NCBI GenBank assembly: GCA_964016885.1
Contig: CAXHJY010000861.1
Location: 186,001 to 250,000, forward strand
Reading direction: 5' to 3'
DNA from: Eledone cirrhosa
Lineage: Eukaryota
Length of the DNA: 64,000 nucleotides
Below the pieces are notes generated by a model. The model did not search any database and had not been told where the DNA came from. It saw only the letters and a list, made by a program, of their open reading frames with translations. Both the position numbers and the translations under genes were made by a program. Every line of letters starts with the position of its first letter. Positions within the stretch are counted from its first letter, which is position 1. This document shows, piece after piece, positions 1-14,144 of the stretch.

Positions 1-3000
1 CCTTGTCACCATTGTCCAGAGAGTGACACTGGTCCAGTGTAAGGCCTTCCTTGTCACCATTGTCCAGAGAGTGAGATTAGTCCAGTGTAGGGACTTCCTT
101 GTCACCATTGTCCAGAGAGTGAGACTGGTCCAGTGTAAGGCCTTCCTTGTCACCATTGTCCAGAGAGTGAGATTAGTCCAGTGTAGGGACTTCCTTGTCA
201 CCATTGTCCAGAGAGTGAGTCTGGTCCAGTGTAAGGCCTTCCTTGTCACCATTGTCCAGAGAGTGAGTCTGGTCCAGTGTAAGGCCTTCCTTGTCACCAT
301 TGTCCAGAGAGTGAGATTAGTCCAGTGTAGGGACTTCCTTGTCACCATTGTCCAGAGTGAGACTGGTCCAGTGTAAGGCCTTCCTTGTCACCATTGTCCA
401 GAGAGTGAGTCTGGTCCAGTGTAAGGCCTTCCTTGTCACCATTGTCCAGAGAGTGAGATTAGTCCAGTGTAGGGCCTTCCTTGTCACCATTGTCCAGAGA
501 GTGACACTAGTCCAGTGTAAGGCCTTCCTTGTCACCATTGTCCAGAGAGTGAGACTGGTCCAGTGTAAGGTCTTCCTTGTCACCATTGTCCAGAGAGTGA
601 GATTAGTCCAGTGTAGGGCCTTCCTTGTCACCATTGTCCAGAGAATGAGACTGGTCCAGTGTAGGGCCTTCCTTTTCACCATTGTCAAGAGAGTGAGATT
701 AGTCCAGTGTAAGGTCTTCGTTGTCACCATTGTCCAGAGAGTGAGATTAGTCCAGTGTAAGGTCTTCCTTGTCACCATTGTCCAGAGAGTGAGACTGGTC
801 CAGTGTAAGGCCTTCCTTGTCACCATTGTCCAGAGAGTGAGTCTGGTCCAGTGTAAGGCCTTCCTTGTCACCATTGTCCAGAGAGTGACACTGGTCCAGT
901 GTAAGGCCTTCCTTGTCACCATTGTCCAGAGAGTGAGATTAGTCCAGTGTAGGGACTTCTTTGTCACCATTGTCCAGAGAGTGAGACTGGTCCAGTGTAA
1001 GGCCTTCCTTGTCACCATTGTCCAGAGAGTGAGTCTGGTCCAGTGTAAGGCCTTCCTTGTCACCATTGTCCAGAGAGTGACACTGGTCCAGTGTAAGGCC
1101 TTCCTTGTCACCATTGTCCAGAGAGTGACACTGGTCCAGTGTAAGGCCTTCCTTGTCACCATTGTCCAGAGAGTGACACTGGTCCAGTGTAAGGCCTGCC
1201 TTGTCACCATTGTCCAGAGAGTGAGACTGGTCCAGTGTAAGGCCTTACTTGTCACCATTGTCCAGAGAGTGAGATTAGTCCAGTGTAGGGACTTCCTTGT
1301 CACCATTGTCCAGAGAGTGAGACTGGTCCAGTGTAAGGCCTTCCTTGACACCATTGTCCAGAGAGTGAGTCTGGTCCAGTGTAAGGCCTTCCTTGTCACC
1401 ATTGTCCAGAGAGTGAGATTAGTCCAGTGTAGGGCCTTCCTTGTCACCATTGTCCAGAGAGTGAGACTGGTCCAGTGTAAGGCCTTCCTTGTCACCATTG
1501 TCCAGAGAGTGAGATTAGTCCAGTGTAGGGCCTTCCTTGTCACCATTGTCCAGAGAGTGAGACTGGTCCAGTGTAAGGCCTTCCTTGTCACCATTGTCCA
1601 GAGAGTGAGATTAGTCCAGTGTAGGGCCTTCCTTGTCACCATTGTCCAGAGAGTGAGTCTGGTCCAGTGTAAGGCCTTCCTTGACACCATTGTCCAGAGA
1701 GTGAGTCTGGTCCAGTGTAAGGCCTTCCTTGTCACCATTGTCCAGAGAGTGAGATTAGTCCAGTGTAGGGCCTTCCTTGTCACCATTGTCCAGAGAGTGA
1801 GACTGGTCCAGTGTAAGGCCTTCCTTGTCACCATTGTCCAGAGAGTGACACTGGTCCATTGTAAGGCCTTCCTTGTCACCATTGTCCAGAGAGTGAGATT
1901 AGTCCAGTGTAGGGCCTTCCTTGTCACCATTGTCCAGAGAGTGACACTGGTCCAGTGTAAGGCCTTCCTTGTCACCATTGTCCAGAGAGTGAGATTAGTC
2001 CAGTGTAAGGCCTTCCTTGTCACCATTGTCCAGAGAGTGACACTGGTCCAGTGTAAGGCCTTCCTTGTCACCATTGTCCAGAGAGTGACACTGGTCCAGT
2101 GTAAGGCCTTCCTTGTCACCATTGTCCAGAGTGTGAGATTGGTCCAGTGTAGGGCCTTCCTTGTCACCATTGTCCAGAGTGTGAGATTGGTCCAGTGGAA
2201 GGCATTCCTTGTCACCATTGTCCAGAGTGTGAGATTGGTCCAGTGGAAGGCCTTCCTTGTCACCATTGTCCAGAGTGTGAAATTGGTCCAGTGGAAGGCC
2301 TTCCTTGTCACCATTGTCCAGAGTGTGAGATTGGTCCAGTGTATTGTCACCATTGTCCAGAGTGTGAGATTGGTCCAGTGGAAGGCCTTCCTTGTCACCA
2401 TTGTCCAGAGTGTGAGATTGGTCCAGTGGAAGGCCTTCCTTGTCACCATTGTCCAGAGAGTGAGACTGGTCCAGTGTAAGGCCTTCCTTGTCCCCATTGT
2501 CCAGAGAGTGACACTGGTCCAGTGTAAGGCCTTCCTTGTTACCATTGTCCAGAGTGTGAGATTGGTCCAGTGTAGGGCCTTCCTTGTCACCATTGTCCAG
2601 AGTGTGAGATTGGTCCAGTGTAAGGCCTTCCTTGTCACCATTGTCCAGAGTGTGAGATTGGTCCAGTGGAAGGCCTTCCTTGTCACCATTGTCCAGAGTG
2701 TGAGATTGGTCCAGTGTAAGGCCTTCCTTGTCACCATTGTCCAGAGTGTGAGATTGGTCCAGTGGAAGGCCTTCCTTGTCACCATTGTCCAGAGAGTGAG
2801 ATTAGTCCAGTGTAAGGCCTTCCTTGTCACCATTGACCAGAGAGTGAGATTAGTCCAGTGTAGGGCCTTCCTTGTCACCATTGTCCAGAGAGTGACACTG
2901 GTCCAGTGTAAGGCCCTCCTTGTCACCATTGTCCAGAGAGTGAGATTAGTCCAGTGTAAGGCCTTCCTTGTCACCATTGTCCAGAGAGTGAGACTGGTCC

Positions 3001-6000
3001 AGTGTAGGGCCTTCCTTGTCACCATTGTCCAGAGAGTGAGACTGGTCCAGTGTAAGGCCTTCCTTGTCACCATTGTCCAGAGAGTGAGATTAGTCCAGTG
3101 TAGGGCCTTCCTTGTCACCATTGTCCAGAGAGTGACACTGGTCCAGTGTAAGGCCTTCCTTGTCACCATTGTCCAGAGAGTGAGATTGGTCCAGTGTAGG
3201 GCCTTCCTTGTCACCATTGTCCAGAGAGTGAGATTAGTCCAGTGTAAAGCCTTCCTTGTCACCATTGTCCAGAGAGTGAGATTGGTCCAGTGTAAGGCCT
3301 TCCTTGTCACCATTGTCCAGAGAGTGAGACTGGTCCAGTGTAAGGCCTTCCTTGTCACCATTGTCCAGAGAGTGAGATTGGTCCAGTGTGAGTCCTTCCT
3401 TGTCACCATTGTCCAGAGAGTGACACTGGTCCAGTGTAAGGCCTTCCTTGTCACCATTGTCCAGAGAGTGAGATTAGTCCAGTGTAAGGCCTTCCTTGTC
3501 ACCATTGTCCAGAGAGTGAGACTGGTCCAGTGTAAGGCCTTCCTTGTCACCATTGTCCAGAGAGTGAGATTAGTCCAGTGTAAGGCCTTCCTTGTCACCA
3601 TTGTCCAGAGAGTGAGATTAGTCCAGTGTTGGGCCTTCCTTGTCACCATTGTCCAGAGAGTGAGATTAGTCCAGTGTAGGGCCTTCCTTGTCACCATTGT
3701 CCAGAGAGTGAGTCTGGTCCAGTGTAAGGCCTTCCTTGTCACCATTGTCCAGAGAGTGAGATTAGTCCAGTGTAGGGCCTTCCCTGTCACCATTGTCCAG
3801 AGAGTGACACTAGTCCAGTGTAAGGCCTTCCTTGTCACCATTGTCCAGAGAGTGAGACTGGTCCAGTGTAAGGTCTTCCTTGTCACCATTGTCCAGAGAG
3901 TGAGATTAGTCCAGTGTAGGGCCTTCCTTGTCACCATTGTCCAGAGAGTGAGACTGGTCCAGTGTAGGGCCTTCCTTGTCACCATTGTCCAGAGAGTGAG
4001 ACTGGTCCAGTGTAAGGCCTTCCTTGTCACCATTGTCCAGAGAGTGAGTCTGGTCCAGTGTAAGGCCTTCCTTGTCACCATTGTCCTGAGAGTGACACTG
4101 GTCCAGTGTAAGGCCTTCCTTGTCACCATTGTCCAGAGAGTGAGATTAGTCTAGTGTAGGGACTTCCTTGTCACCATTGTCCAGAGAGTGAGATTGGTCC
4201 AGTGTAAGGCCTTCCTTGTCACCATTGTCCAGAGAGTGACACTGGTCCAGTGTAAGGCCTTCCTTGTCACCATTGTCCAGAGAGTGAGTCTGGTCCAGTG
4301 TAAGGCCTTCCTTGTCACCATTGTCCAGAGAGTGACACTGGTCCAGTGTAAGGCCTTCCTTGTCACCATTGTCCAGAGAGTGACACTGGTCCAGTGTAAG
4401 GCCTTCCTTGTCACCATTGTCCAGAGAGTGAGATTAGTCCAGTGTAGGGCCTTCCTTGTCACCATTGTCCAGAGAGTGACACTGGTCCAGTGTAAGGCCT
4501 TCCTTGTCACCATTGTCCAGAGAGTGAGATTAGTCCAGTGTAGGGCCTTCCTTGTCACCATTGTTCAGAGAGTGACACTGGTCCAGTGTAAGGCCTTCCT
4601 TGTCACCATTGTCCAGAGAGTGAGATTAGTCCAGTGTAAGGCCTTCCTTGTCACCATTGTCCAGAGAGTGAGATTAGTCCAGTGTAAGGCCTTCCTTGTC
4701 ACCATTGTCCAGAGAGTGAGATTAGTCCAGTGTAAGAACTTCCTTGTCACCATTGTCCAGAGAGTGAGACTGGTCCAGTGTAAGGCCTTCCTTGTCACCA
4801 TTGTCCAGAGAGTGAGATTAGTCCAGTGTAAGGCCTTCCTTGTCACCATTGTCCAGAGAGTGACACTGGTCCAGTGTAAGGCCTTCCTTGTCACCATTGT
4901 CCAGAGAGTTAGACTGGTCCAGTGTAAGGCCTTCCTTGTATGCATTGTCCAGAGAGTGACACTGGTCCAGTGTAAGGCCTTCCTTGTCTCCATTGTCCAG
5001 AGGGTGAGACTGGTCCAGTGTAAGGCCTTCCTTGTCACCATTGTCCAGAGAGTGAGACTGGTCCAGTGTAAGGCCTTCCTTGTCACCATTGTCCAGAGAG
5101 TGGGACTGGTCCAGTGTAAGGGCTTCCTTGTCACCATTGTCCAGAGAGTGACACTAGTCCAGTGTAAGGCCTTCCTTGTATGCATTGTCCAGAGAGTGAG
5201 ACTGGTCCAGTGTAAGGCCTTCCTTGTCACCATTGTCCAGAGAGTGACACTGGTCCAGTGTAAGGCCTTCCTTGTATGCATTGTCCAGAGAGTGAGATTG
5301 GTCCAGTGGAAGGCCTTCCTTGTCACCATTGTCCAGAGAGTGACACTGGTCCAGTGTAAGGCCTTCCTTGTCACCATTGTCCAGAGTGACACTGGTCTAG
5401 TGTAAGGCCTTCCTTGTCACCATTGTCAAGAGAGTGAGAATGGTCCAGTGGAAGGCCTTCCTTGTCACCATTGTCCAGAGAGTGAGATTGGTCCAGTGTA
5501 AGGCCTTCCTTGTCACCATTGTCCAGACAGTGAGATTAGTCCTGTGTAAGGCCTTCCTTGTCACCATTGTCCAGAGAGTGACACTGGTCCAGTGTAAGGC
5601 CTTCCTTGTCACCATTGTCAAGAGAGTGAGATTGGTCCAGTGGAAGGCCTTCCTTGTCACCATTGTCCAGAGAGTGAGATTGGTCCAGTGTAAGGCCTTC
5701 CTTGTCACCATTGTCCAGAGAGTGAGATTAGTCCAGTGTAAGGCCTTCCTTGTCACCATTGTCCAGAGAGTGACACTGGTCCAGTGTAAGGCCTTCCTTG
5801 TCACCATTGTCCAGAGAGTGAGATTAGTCCAGTGTAGGGCCTTCCTTGTCACCATTGTCCAGAGAGTGAGACTGGTCCAGTGTAAGTCCTTCCTTGTCAC
5901 CATTGTCCAGAGAGTGAGACTGGTCCAGTGTAAGGCCTTCCTTGTCACCATTGTCCAGAGAGTGAGATTGGTCCAGTGTTGGGCCTTCCTTGTCACCATT

Positions 6001-9000
6001 GTCCAGAGAGTGAGATTGGTCCAGTGTAAGGCCTTCCTTGTCACCATTGTCCAGAGAGTGACACTGGTCCAGTGTAAGGCCTTCCTTGTCACCATTGTCC
6101 AGAGAGTGAGATTAGTCCAGTGTAGGGCCTTCCTTGTCACCATTGTCCAGAGAGTGAGATTAGTCCAGTGTTGGGCCTTCCTTGTCACCATTGTCCAGAG
6201 AGTGAGATTAGTCCAGTGTTGGGCCTTCCTTGTCACCATTGTCCAGAGAGTGAGATTAGTCCAGTGTAGGGCCTTCCTTGTCACCATTGTCCAGAGAGTG
6301 AGATTAGTCCAGTGTTGGGCCTTCCTTGTCACCATTGTCCAGAGAGTGAGATTAGTCCAGTGTTGGGCCTTCCTTGTCACCATTGTCCAGAGAGTGACAC
6401 TGGTCCAGTGTAAGGCCTTCCTTGTCACCATTGTCCAGAGAGTGAGATTAGTCCAGTGTTGGGCCTTCCTTGTCACCATTGTCCAGAGAGTGAGATTAGT
6501 CCAGTGTAGGGCCTTCCTTGTCACCATTGTCCAGAGAGTGAGATTAGTCCAGTGTTGGGCCTTCCTTGTCACCATTGTCCAGAGAGTGAGATTAGTCCAG
6601 TGTTGGGCCTTCCTTGTCACCATTGTCCAGAGAGTGACACTGGTCCAGTGTAAGGCCTTCCTTGTCACCATTGTCCAGAGAGTGAGATTAGTCCAGTGTT
6701 GGGCCTTCCTTGTCACCATTGTCCAGAGAGTGAGATTAGTCCAGTGTAGGGCCTTCCTTGTCACCATTGTCCAGAGAGTGACACTGGTCCAGTAGAAGGC
6801 ATTCCTTGTCACCATTGTCCAGAGTGTGAGATTGGTCCAGTGTAGGGCCTTCCTTGTCACCATTGTCCAGAGTGTGAGATTGGTCCAGTAGAAGGCATTC
6901 CTTGTCACCATTGTCCAGAGTGTGAGATTGGTCCAGTGGAAGGCCTTCCTTGTCACCATTGTCCAGAGTGTGAAATTGGTCCAGTGGAAGGCCTTCCTTG
7001 TCACCATTGTCCAGAGAGTGAGATTGGTCCAGTGTAGGGCCTTCCTTGTCACCATTGTCCAGAGTGTGAGATTGGTCCAGTGGAAGGCCTTCCTTGTCAC
7101 CATTGTCCAGAGAGTGAGACTGGTCCAGTGTAAGGCCTTCCTTGTCCCCATTGTCCAGAGAGTGACACTGGTCCAGTGTAAGGCCTTCCTTGTCACCATT
7201 GTCCAGAGTGTGAGATTGGTCCAGTGTAGGGCCTTCCTTGTCACCATTGTCCAGAGTGTGAGATTGGTCCAGTGTAGGGCCTTCCTTGTCACCATTGTCC
7301 AGAGAGTGAGATTAGTCCAGTGTAAGGCCTTCCTTGTCACCATTGTCCAGAGAGTGAGATTAGTCCAGTGTAAGGCCTTCCTTGTCACCATTGTCCAGAG
7401 AGTGAGATTGGTCCAGTGTAAGGCCTTCCTTGTCACCATTGTCCAGAGAGTGAGATTAGTCCAGTGTAAGGCCTTCCTTGTCACCATTGTCCAGAGAGTG
7501 AGATTGGTCCAGTGTAAGGCCTTCCTTGTCACCATTGTCCAGAGAGTGAGATTGGTCCAGTGTAAGGCCTTCCTTGTCACCATTGTCCAGAGAGTGAGAC
7601 TGGTCCAGTGTAAGGCCTTCCTTGTCACCATTGTCCAGAGAGTGAGATTGGTTCAGTGTGAGTCCTTCCTTGTCACCATTGTCCAGAGAGTGACACTGGT
7701 CCAGTGTAAGGCCTTCCTTGTCACCATTGTCCAGAGAGTGAGATTAGTCCAGTGTAAGGCCTTCCTTGTCACCATTGTCCAGAGAGTGAGACTGGTCCAG
7801 TGTAAGGCCTTCCTTGTCACCATTGTCCAGAGAGTGAGACTGGTCCAGTGTAAGGCCTTCCTTGTCACCATTGTCCAGAGAGTGAGTCTGGTCCAGTGTA
7901 AGGCCTTCCTTGTCACCATTGTCCAGAGAGTGAGATTAGTCCAGTGTAAGGCCTTCCTTGTCACCATTGTCCAGAGAGTGAGACTGGTCCAGTGTAAGGC
8001 CTTCCTTGTCACCATTGTCCAGAGAGTGAGACTGGTCCAGTGTAGGGCCTTCCTTGTCACCATTGTCCAGAGAGTGAGACTGGTCCAGTGTAAGGCCTTC
8101 CTTGTCACCATTGTCCAGAGAGTGAGATTAGTCCAGTGTAAGGCCTTCCTTGTCACCATTGTCCAGAGAGTGAGTCTGGTCCAGTGTAAGGCCTTCCTTG
8201 TCACCATTGTCCAGAGAGTGAGATTAGTCCAGTGTAAGGCCTTCCTTGTCACCATTGTCCAGAGAGTGAGACTGGTCCAGTGTAAGGCCTTCCTTGTCAC
8301 CATTGTCCAGAGAGTGAGATTAGTCCAGTGTAAGGCCTTCCTTGTCACCATTGTCCAGAGAGTGAGTCTGGTCCAGTGTAAGGCCTTCCTTGTCACCATT
8401 GTCCAGAGAGTGAGACTGGTCCAGTGTAAGGCCTTCCTTGTCACCATTGTCCAGAGAGTGACACTGGTCCAGTGTAGGGCCTTCCTTGTCACCATTGTCC
8501 AGAGAGTGAGACTGGTCCAGTGTAAGGCCTTCCTTGTCACCATTGTCCAGAGAGTGAGATTAGTCCAGTGTAAGGCCTTCCTTGTCACCATTGTCCAGAG
8601 AGTGAGTCTGGTCCAGTGTAAGGCCTTCCTTGTCACCATTGTCCAGAGAGTGAGATTAGTCCAGTGTAAGGCCTTCCTTGTCACCATTGTCCAGAGAGTG
8701 AGATTAGTCCAGTGTTGGGCCTTCCTTGTCACCATTGTCCAGAGAGTGAGACTGGTCCAGTGTAAGGCCTTCCTTGTCACCATTGTCCAGAGAGTGAGAC
8801 TGGTCCAGTGTAAGGCCTTCCTTGTCACCATTGTCCAGAGAGTGAGATTAGTCCAGTGTAAGGCCTTCCTTGTCACCATTGTCCAGAGAGTGAGACTGGT
8901 CCAGTGTAAGGCCTTCCTTGTCACCATTGTCCAGAGAGTGAGACTGGTCCAGTGTAAGGCCTTCCTTGTCACCATTGTCCTGAGAGTGAGACTGGTCCAG

Positions 9001-12000
9001 TGTAAGGCCTTCCTTGTCACCATTGTCCAGAGAGTGAGTCTGGTCCAGTGTAAGGCCTTCCTTGTCACCATTGTCCAGAGAGTGAGATTAGTCCAGTGTA
9101 GGGCCTTCCTTGTCACCATTGTCCAGAGAGTGAGACTGGTCCAGTGTAAGGCCTTCCTTGTCACCATTGTCCAGAGAGTGAGACTGGTCCAGTGTAAGGC
9201 CTTCCTTGTCACCATTGTCCAGAGAGTGAGACTGGTCCAGTGTAAGGCCTTCCTTGTCACCATTGTCCAGAGAGTGAGTCTGGTCCAGTGTAAGGCCTTC
9301 CTTGTCACCATTGTCCAGAGAGTGAGATTAGTCCAGTGTAGGGCCTTCCTTGTCACCATTGTCCAGAGAGTGAGACTGGTCCAGTGTAAGGCCTTCCTTG
9401 TCACCATTGTCCAGAGAGTGACACTGGTCCAGTGTAAGGCCTTCCTTGTCACCATTGTCCAGAGAGTGAGACTGGTCCAGTGTAAGGCCTTCCTTGTCAC
9501 CATTGTCCAGAGAGTGAGACTGGTCCAGTGTAGGGCCTTCCTTGTCACCATTGTCCAGAGAGTGAGACTGGTCCAGTGTAAGGCCTTCCTTGTCACCATT
9601 GTCCAGAGAGTGAGACTGGTCCAGTGTAAGGCCTTCCTTGTCACCATTGTCCAGAGAGTGACACTGGTCCAGTGTAAGGCCTTCCTTGTCACCATTGTCC
9701 AGAGAGTGAGATTAGTCCAGTGTAAGGCCTTCCTTGTCACCATTGTCCAGAGAGTGAGACTGGTCCAGTGTAGGGCCTTCCTTGTCACCATTGTCCAGAG
9801 AGTGAGACTGGTCCAGTGTTGGGCCTTCCTTGTCACCATTGTCCAGAGAGTGACACTGGTCCAGTGTAAGGCCTTCCTTGTCACCATTTTCCAGAGAGTG
9901 AGACTGGTCCAGTGTAAGGCCTTCCTTGTCACCATTGTCCAGAGAGTGAGATTAGTCCAGTGTAAGGCCTTCCTTGTCACCATTGTCCAGAGAGTGAGAT
10001 TAGTCCAGTGTAAGGCCTTCCTTGTCACCATTGTCCAGAGAGTGAGATTAGTCCAGTGTAAGGCCTTCCTTGTCACCATTGTCCAGAGAGTGAGATTAGT
10101 CCAGTGTAAGGCCTTCCTTGTCACCATTGTCCAGAGAGTGAGATTAGTCCAGTGTAGGGCCTTCCTTGTCACCATTGTACAGAGAGTGAGACTGGTCCAG
10201 TGTAAGGCCTTCCCTGTCACCATTGTCCAGAGAGTGACACTGGTCCAGTGTAAGGCCTTCCTTGTCACCATTGTCCAGAGAGTGAGATTAGTCCAGTGTA
10301 AGGCCTTCCTTGTCACCATTGTCCAGAGAGTGAGACTGGTCCAGTGTAGGGCCTTCCTTGTCACCATTGTCCAGAGAGTGAGATTAGTCCAGTGTAAGGC
10401 CTTCCTTGTCACCATTGTCCAGAGAGTGAGATTAGTCCAGTGTAAGGCCTTCCTTGTCACCATTGTCCAGAGAGTGACACTGGTCCAGTGTAAGGCCTTC
10501 CTTGTCACCATTGTCCAGAGAGTGAGATTAGTCCAGTGTAGGGCCTTCCTTGTCACCATTGTCCAGAGAGTGAGATTAGTCCAGTGTAAGGCCTTCCTTG
10601 TCACCATTGTCCAGAGAGTGACACTGGTCCAGTGTAAGGCCTTCCTTGTCACCATTGTCCAGAGAGTGAGACTGGTCCAGTGTAAGGCCTTCCTTGTCAC
10701 CATTGTCCAGAGAGTGAGACTGGTCCAGTGTAAGGCCTTCCTTGTCACCATTGTCCAGAGAGTGAGATTAGTCCAGTGTTGGGCCTTCCTTGTCACCATT
10801 GTCCAGAGAGTGAGACTGGTCCAGTGTAAGGCCTTCCTTGTCACCATTGTCCAGAGAGTGAGATTAGTCCAGTGTAAGGCCTTCCTTGTCACCATTGTCT
10901 AGAGAGTGACACTGGTCCAGTGTAAGGCCTTCCTTGTCACCATTGTCCAGAGAGTGAGATTAGTCCAGTGTTGGGCCTTCCTTGTCACCATTGTCCAGAG
11001 AGTGAGATTAGTCCAGTGTAAGGCCTTCCTTGTCACCATTGTCTAGAGAGTGACACTGGTCCATTGTAAGGCCTTCCTTGTCACCATTGTCCAGAGAGTG
11101 AGATTAGTCCAGTGTTGGGCCTTCCTTGTCACCATTGTCCAGAGAGTGAGACTGGTCCAGTGTAAGGCCTTCCTTGTCACCATTGTCCAGAGAGTGAGAC
11201 TGGTCCAGTGTAAGGCCTTCCTTGTCACCATTGTCCAGAGAGTGACACTGGTCCAGTGTAAGGCCTTCCTTGTCACCATTGTCCAGAGAGTGACACTGGT
11301 CCATTGTAAGGCCTTCCTTGTCACCATTGTCCAGAGAGTGAGATTAGTCCAGTGTTGGGCCTTCCTTGTCACCATTGTCCAGAGAGTGAGATTGGTCCAG
11401 TGTAAGGCCTTCCTTGTCACCATTGTCCAGAGAGTGAGACTGGTCCAGTGTAAGGCCTTCCTTGTCACCATTGTCCAGAGAGTGACACTGGTCCAGTGTA
11501 AGGCCTTCCTTGTCACCATTGTCCAGAGAGTGACACTGGTCCAGTGTAAGGCCTTCCTTGTCACCATTGTCCAGAGAGTGAGATTAGTCCAGTGTAAGGC
11601 CTTCCTTGTCACCATTGTCTAGAGAGTGACACTGGTCCAGTGTAAGGCCTTCCTTGTCACCATTGTCTAGAGAGTGACACTGGTCCAGTGTAAGGCCTTC
11701 CTTGTCACCATTGTCCAGAGAGTGAGATTAGTGCAGTGTAAGGCCTTCCTTGTCACCATTGTCCAGAGAGTGACACTGGTCCAGTGTAAGGCCTTCCTTG
11801 TCACCATTGTCCAGAGTGTGAGATTAGTCCAGTGTAAGGCCTTCCTTGTCACCATTGTCCAGAGAGTGAGATTAGTCCGGTGTAAGGCCTTCCTTGTCAC
11901 CATTGTCCAGAGAGTGAGATTAGTCCAGTGTAAGGCCTTCCTTGTCACCATTGTCTAGAGAGTGACACTGGTCCAGTGTAAGGCCTTCCTTGTCACCATT

Positions 12001-13479
12001 GTCTAGAGAGTGACACTGGTCCAGTGTAAGGCCTTCCTTGTCACCATTGTCCAGAGAGTGACACTGGTCCAGTGTAAGGCCTTCCTTGTCACCATTGTCC
12101 AGAGAGTGACACTGGTCCAGTGTAAGGCCTTCCTTGTCACCATTGTCTAGAGGGTGACACTGGTCCAGTGTAAGGCCTTCCTTGTCACCATTGTCTAGAG
12201 AGTGACACTGGTCCAGTGTAAGGCCTTCCTTGTCACCATTGTCCAGAGAGTGACACTGGTCCAGTGTAAGGCCTTCCTTGTCACCATTGTCCAGAGAGTG
12301 AGATTAGTCCAGTGTAGGGCCTTCCTTGTCACCATTGTCTAGAGAGTGAGATTAGTCCAGTGTAGGGCCTTCCTTGTCACCATTGTCCAGAGAGTGAGAC
12401 TAGTCCAGTGTAAGGCCTTCCTTGTCACCATTGTCCAGAGAGTGAGACTGGTCCAATCTAAGGCCTTTCTTGTCACCATTGTCTAGAGAGTGACACTGGT
12501 CCAGTGTAAGGCCTTCCTTGTCACCATTGTCCAGAGAGTGACACTGGTCCAGTGTAAGGCCTTCCTTGTCACCATTGTCCAGAGAGTGAGACTGGTCCAG
12601 TGTAAGGCCTTCCTTGTCACCATTGTCCAGAGAGTGAGACTGGTCCAATCTAAGGCCTTCCTTGTCACCATTGTCTAGAGAGTGTCATTGGTCCAGTTTA
12701 AGGCCTTCCTTGTCACCATTGTCCAGAGAGTGAGATTAGTCCAGTGTAAGGCCTTCCTTGTCACCATTGTCCAGAGAGTGAGAATAGTCCAGTGTAAGGC
12801 CTTCCTTGTCACCATTGTCCAGAGAGTGAGATTAGTCCAGTGTAAGGCCTTCCTTGTCACCATTGTCCAGAGAGTGAGATTAGTCCAGTGTAAGGCCTTC
12901 CTTGTCACCATTGTCCAGAGAGTGAGATTAGTCCAGTGTAAGGCCTTCCTTGTCACCATTGTCCAGAGAGTGAGATTAGTCCAGTGTAAGGCCTTCCTTG
13001 TCACCATTGTCCAGAGAGTGAGATTAGTCCAGTGTAGGGCCTTCCTTGTCACCATTGTCCAGAGAGTGAAACTGGTCCAGTGTAAGGCCTTCCTTGTCAC
13101 CATTGTCCAGAGAGTGAAACTGGTCCAGTGTATGGCCTTCCTTGTCACCATTGTCCAGAGAGTGAGATTAGTCCAGTGTAAGGCCTTCCTTGTCACCATT
13201 GTCCAGAGAGTGACACTGGTCCAGTGTAAGGCCTTCCTTGTCACCATTGTTCAGAGAGTGACACTGGTCCAGTGTAAGGCCTTCCTTGTCACCATTGTCC
13301 AGAGAGTGAGATTGGTCCAGTGTAAGGCCTTCCTTGTCACCATTGTCCAGAGCGTGACACTGGTCCAGTGTAAGGCCTTCCTTGTCACCACTGTCCAGAG
13401 AGTGAGATTGGTCCAGTGTAAGGCCTTCCTTGTCACCATTGTCCAGAGAGTGAGATTGGTCCAGTGTAAGGCCTTCCTT
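1..13479. repeat. 48-bp tandem satellite, ~280 copies, runs off the left edge; intronic to MLYCD
   Basis: Monomer CCTTGTCACCATTGTCCAGAGAGTGAGACTGGTCCAGTGTAAGGCCTT repeated head-to-tail with a few recurrent variant sites. Small deletions occur near 355, 2344 and 5385. Confidence 0.98.
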
Positions 13480-13619
13480 CATTTACAAAAGCTTTAAACA
13501 GGCATCACTTAATCTAAATAACTTTCATGTGTGTTGTATGAGCATGGCTGTCTGTAGCTGATAAAGGCTTTTTTCTTTTTTTTTTTCATTTGCTGCAGCA
13601 TATGCAGAAAGTAATATAA

Positions 13620-13860
13620 GTCCTCGGCCGTTGTTTTCCACACCTGAGAGTCTACCACCTCTCTATACACAAGAGTTCATTTTTTCAGTCTCCTTCTCAA
13701 CAAGGAAGATGAAAAAAACTTACCTCAACACTTAATTTTAAATCTTTAATTTTTAGTTTTTAATCCTTATTAATTCCTTTTAATTGTAATACTCAACATT
13801 TAATAAGATGAATTTTACTAATACATCGAAACCGGTAATACTTTATATACATTATAAAAC
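13620..13860 (+). mobile_element. Degenerate Penelope-like 3' remnant with decayed minimal hammerhead motif
   Basis: ttaataa-GATG(loop)CATC-GAAACCGGTA at 13800-13837. Stem II and the palindromic stem III are intact, but the CUGANGA core has 3 substitutions. The upstream frame reads ...LLNKEDE..., resembling a PLE C-terminus. Confidence 0.4.
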
Positions 13861-14109
13861 TCTTTTTTTAAAAGAATTGTCACTCTCACTTTTTCAATAA
13901 TGTCACTTTGACGAATCAAGGACAGAAAAAAAAAGAGAAAAATAGACCCCAAAATATATTTTCAATGCTATTTCCAATTTCACCTTCTCTCTATAACCAC
14001 TGTTTTGTATAGAAACTTACTTCCCTTTTCTAATATATATATATATATACACACACAAACACATATATATGTATGTGTGTATATATGCACCATACACGCA
14101 CACACACAC

Positions 14110-14144
14110 TGCAAGCAGGGAAAAGCGGACGTAAAATGATGATG
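14110..14144 (+). mobile_element. Very short RTE/SINE 3' tail
   Basis: tgcaagcagggaaaagcggacgtaaaatgatgatga matches the tails at ~17000 and ~59000. Confidence 0.7.

Noticed and set aside
23-13497. Kilobase ORFs on both strands of the 48-bp array
   Set aside because: The monomer length is a multiple of 3 and lacks stops in two frames, so long ORFs are expected. Frameshifting deletions and stop variants are tolerated, and the array is intronic.
13718-13760. Strong minus-strand donor GAG|gtaagt as the next MLYCD exon
   Set aside because: The adjacent sequence is AT-rich, with no MCD-like peptide.
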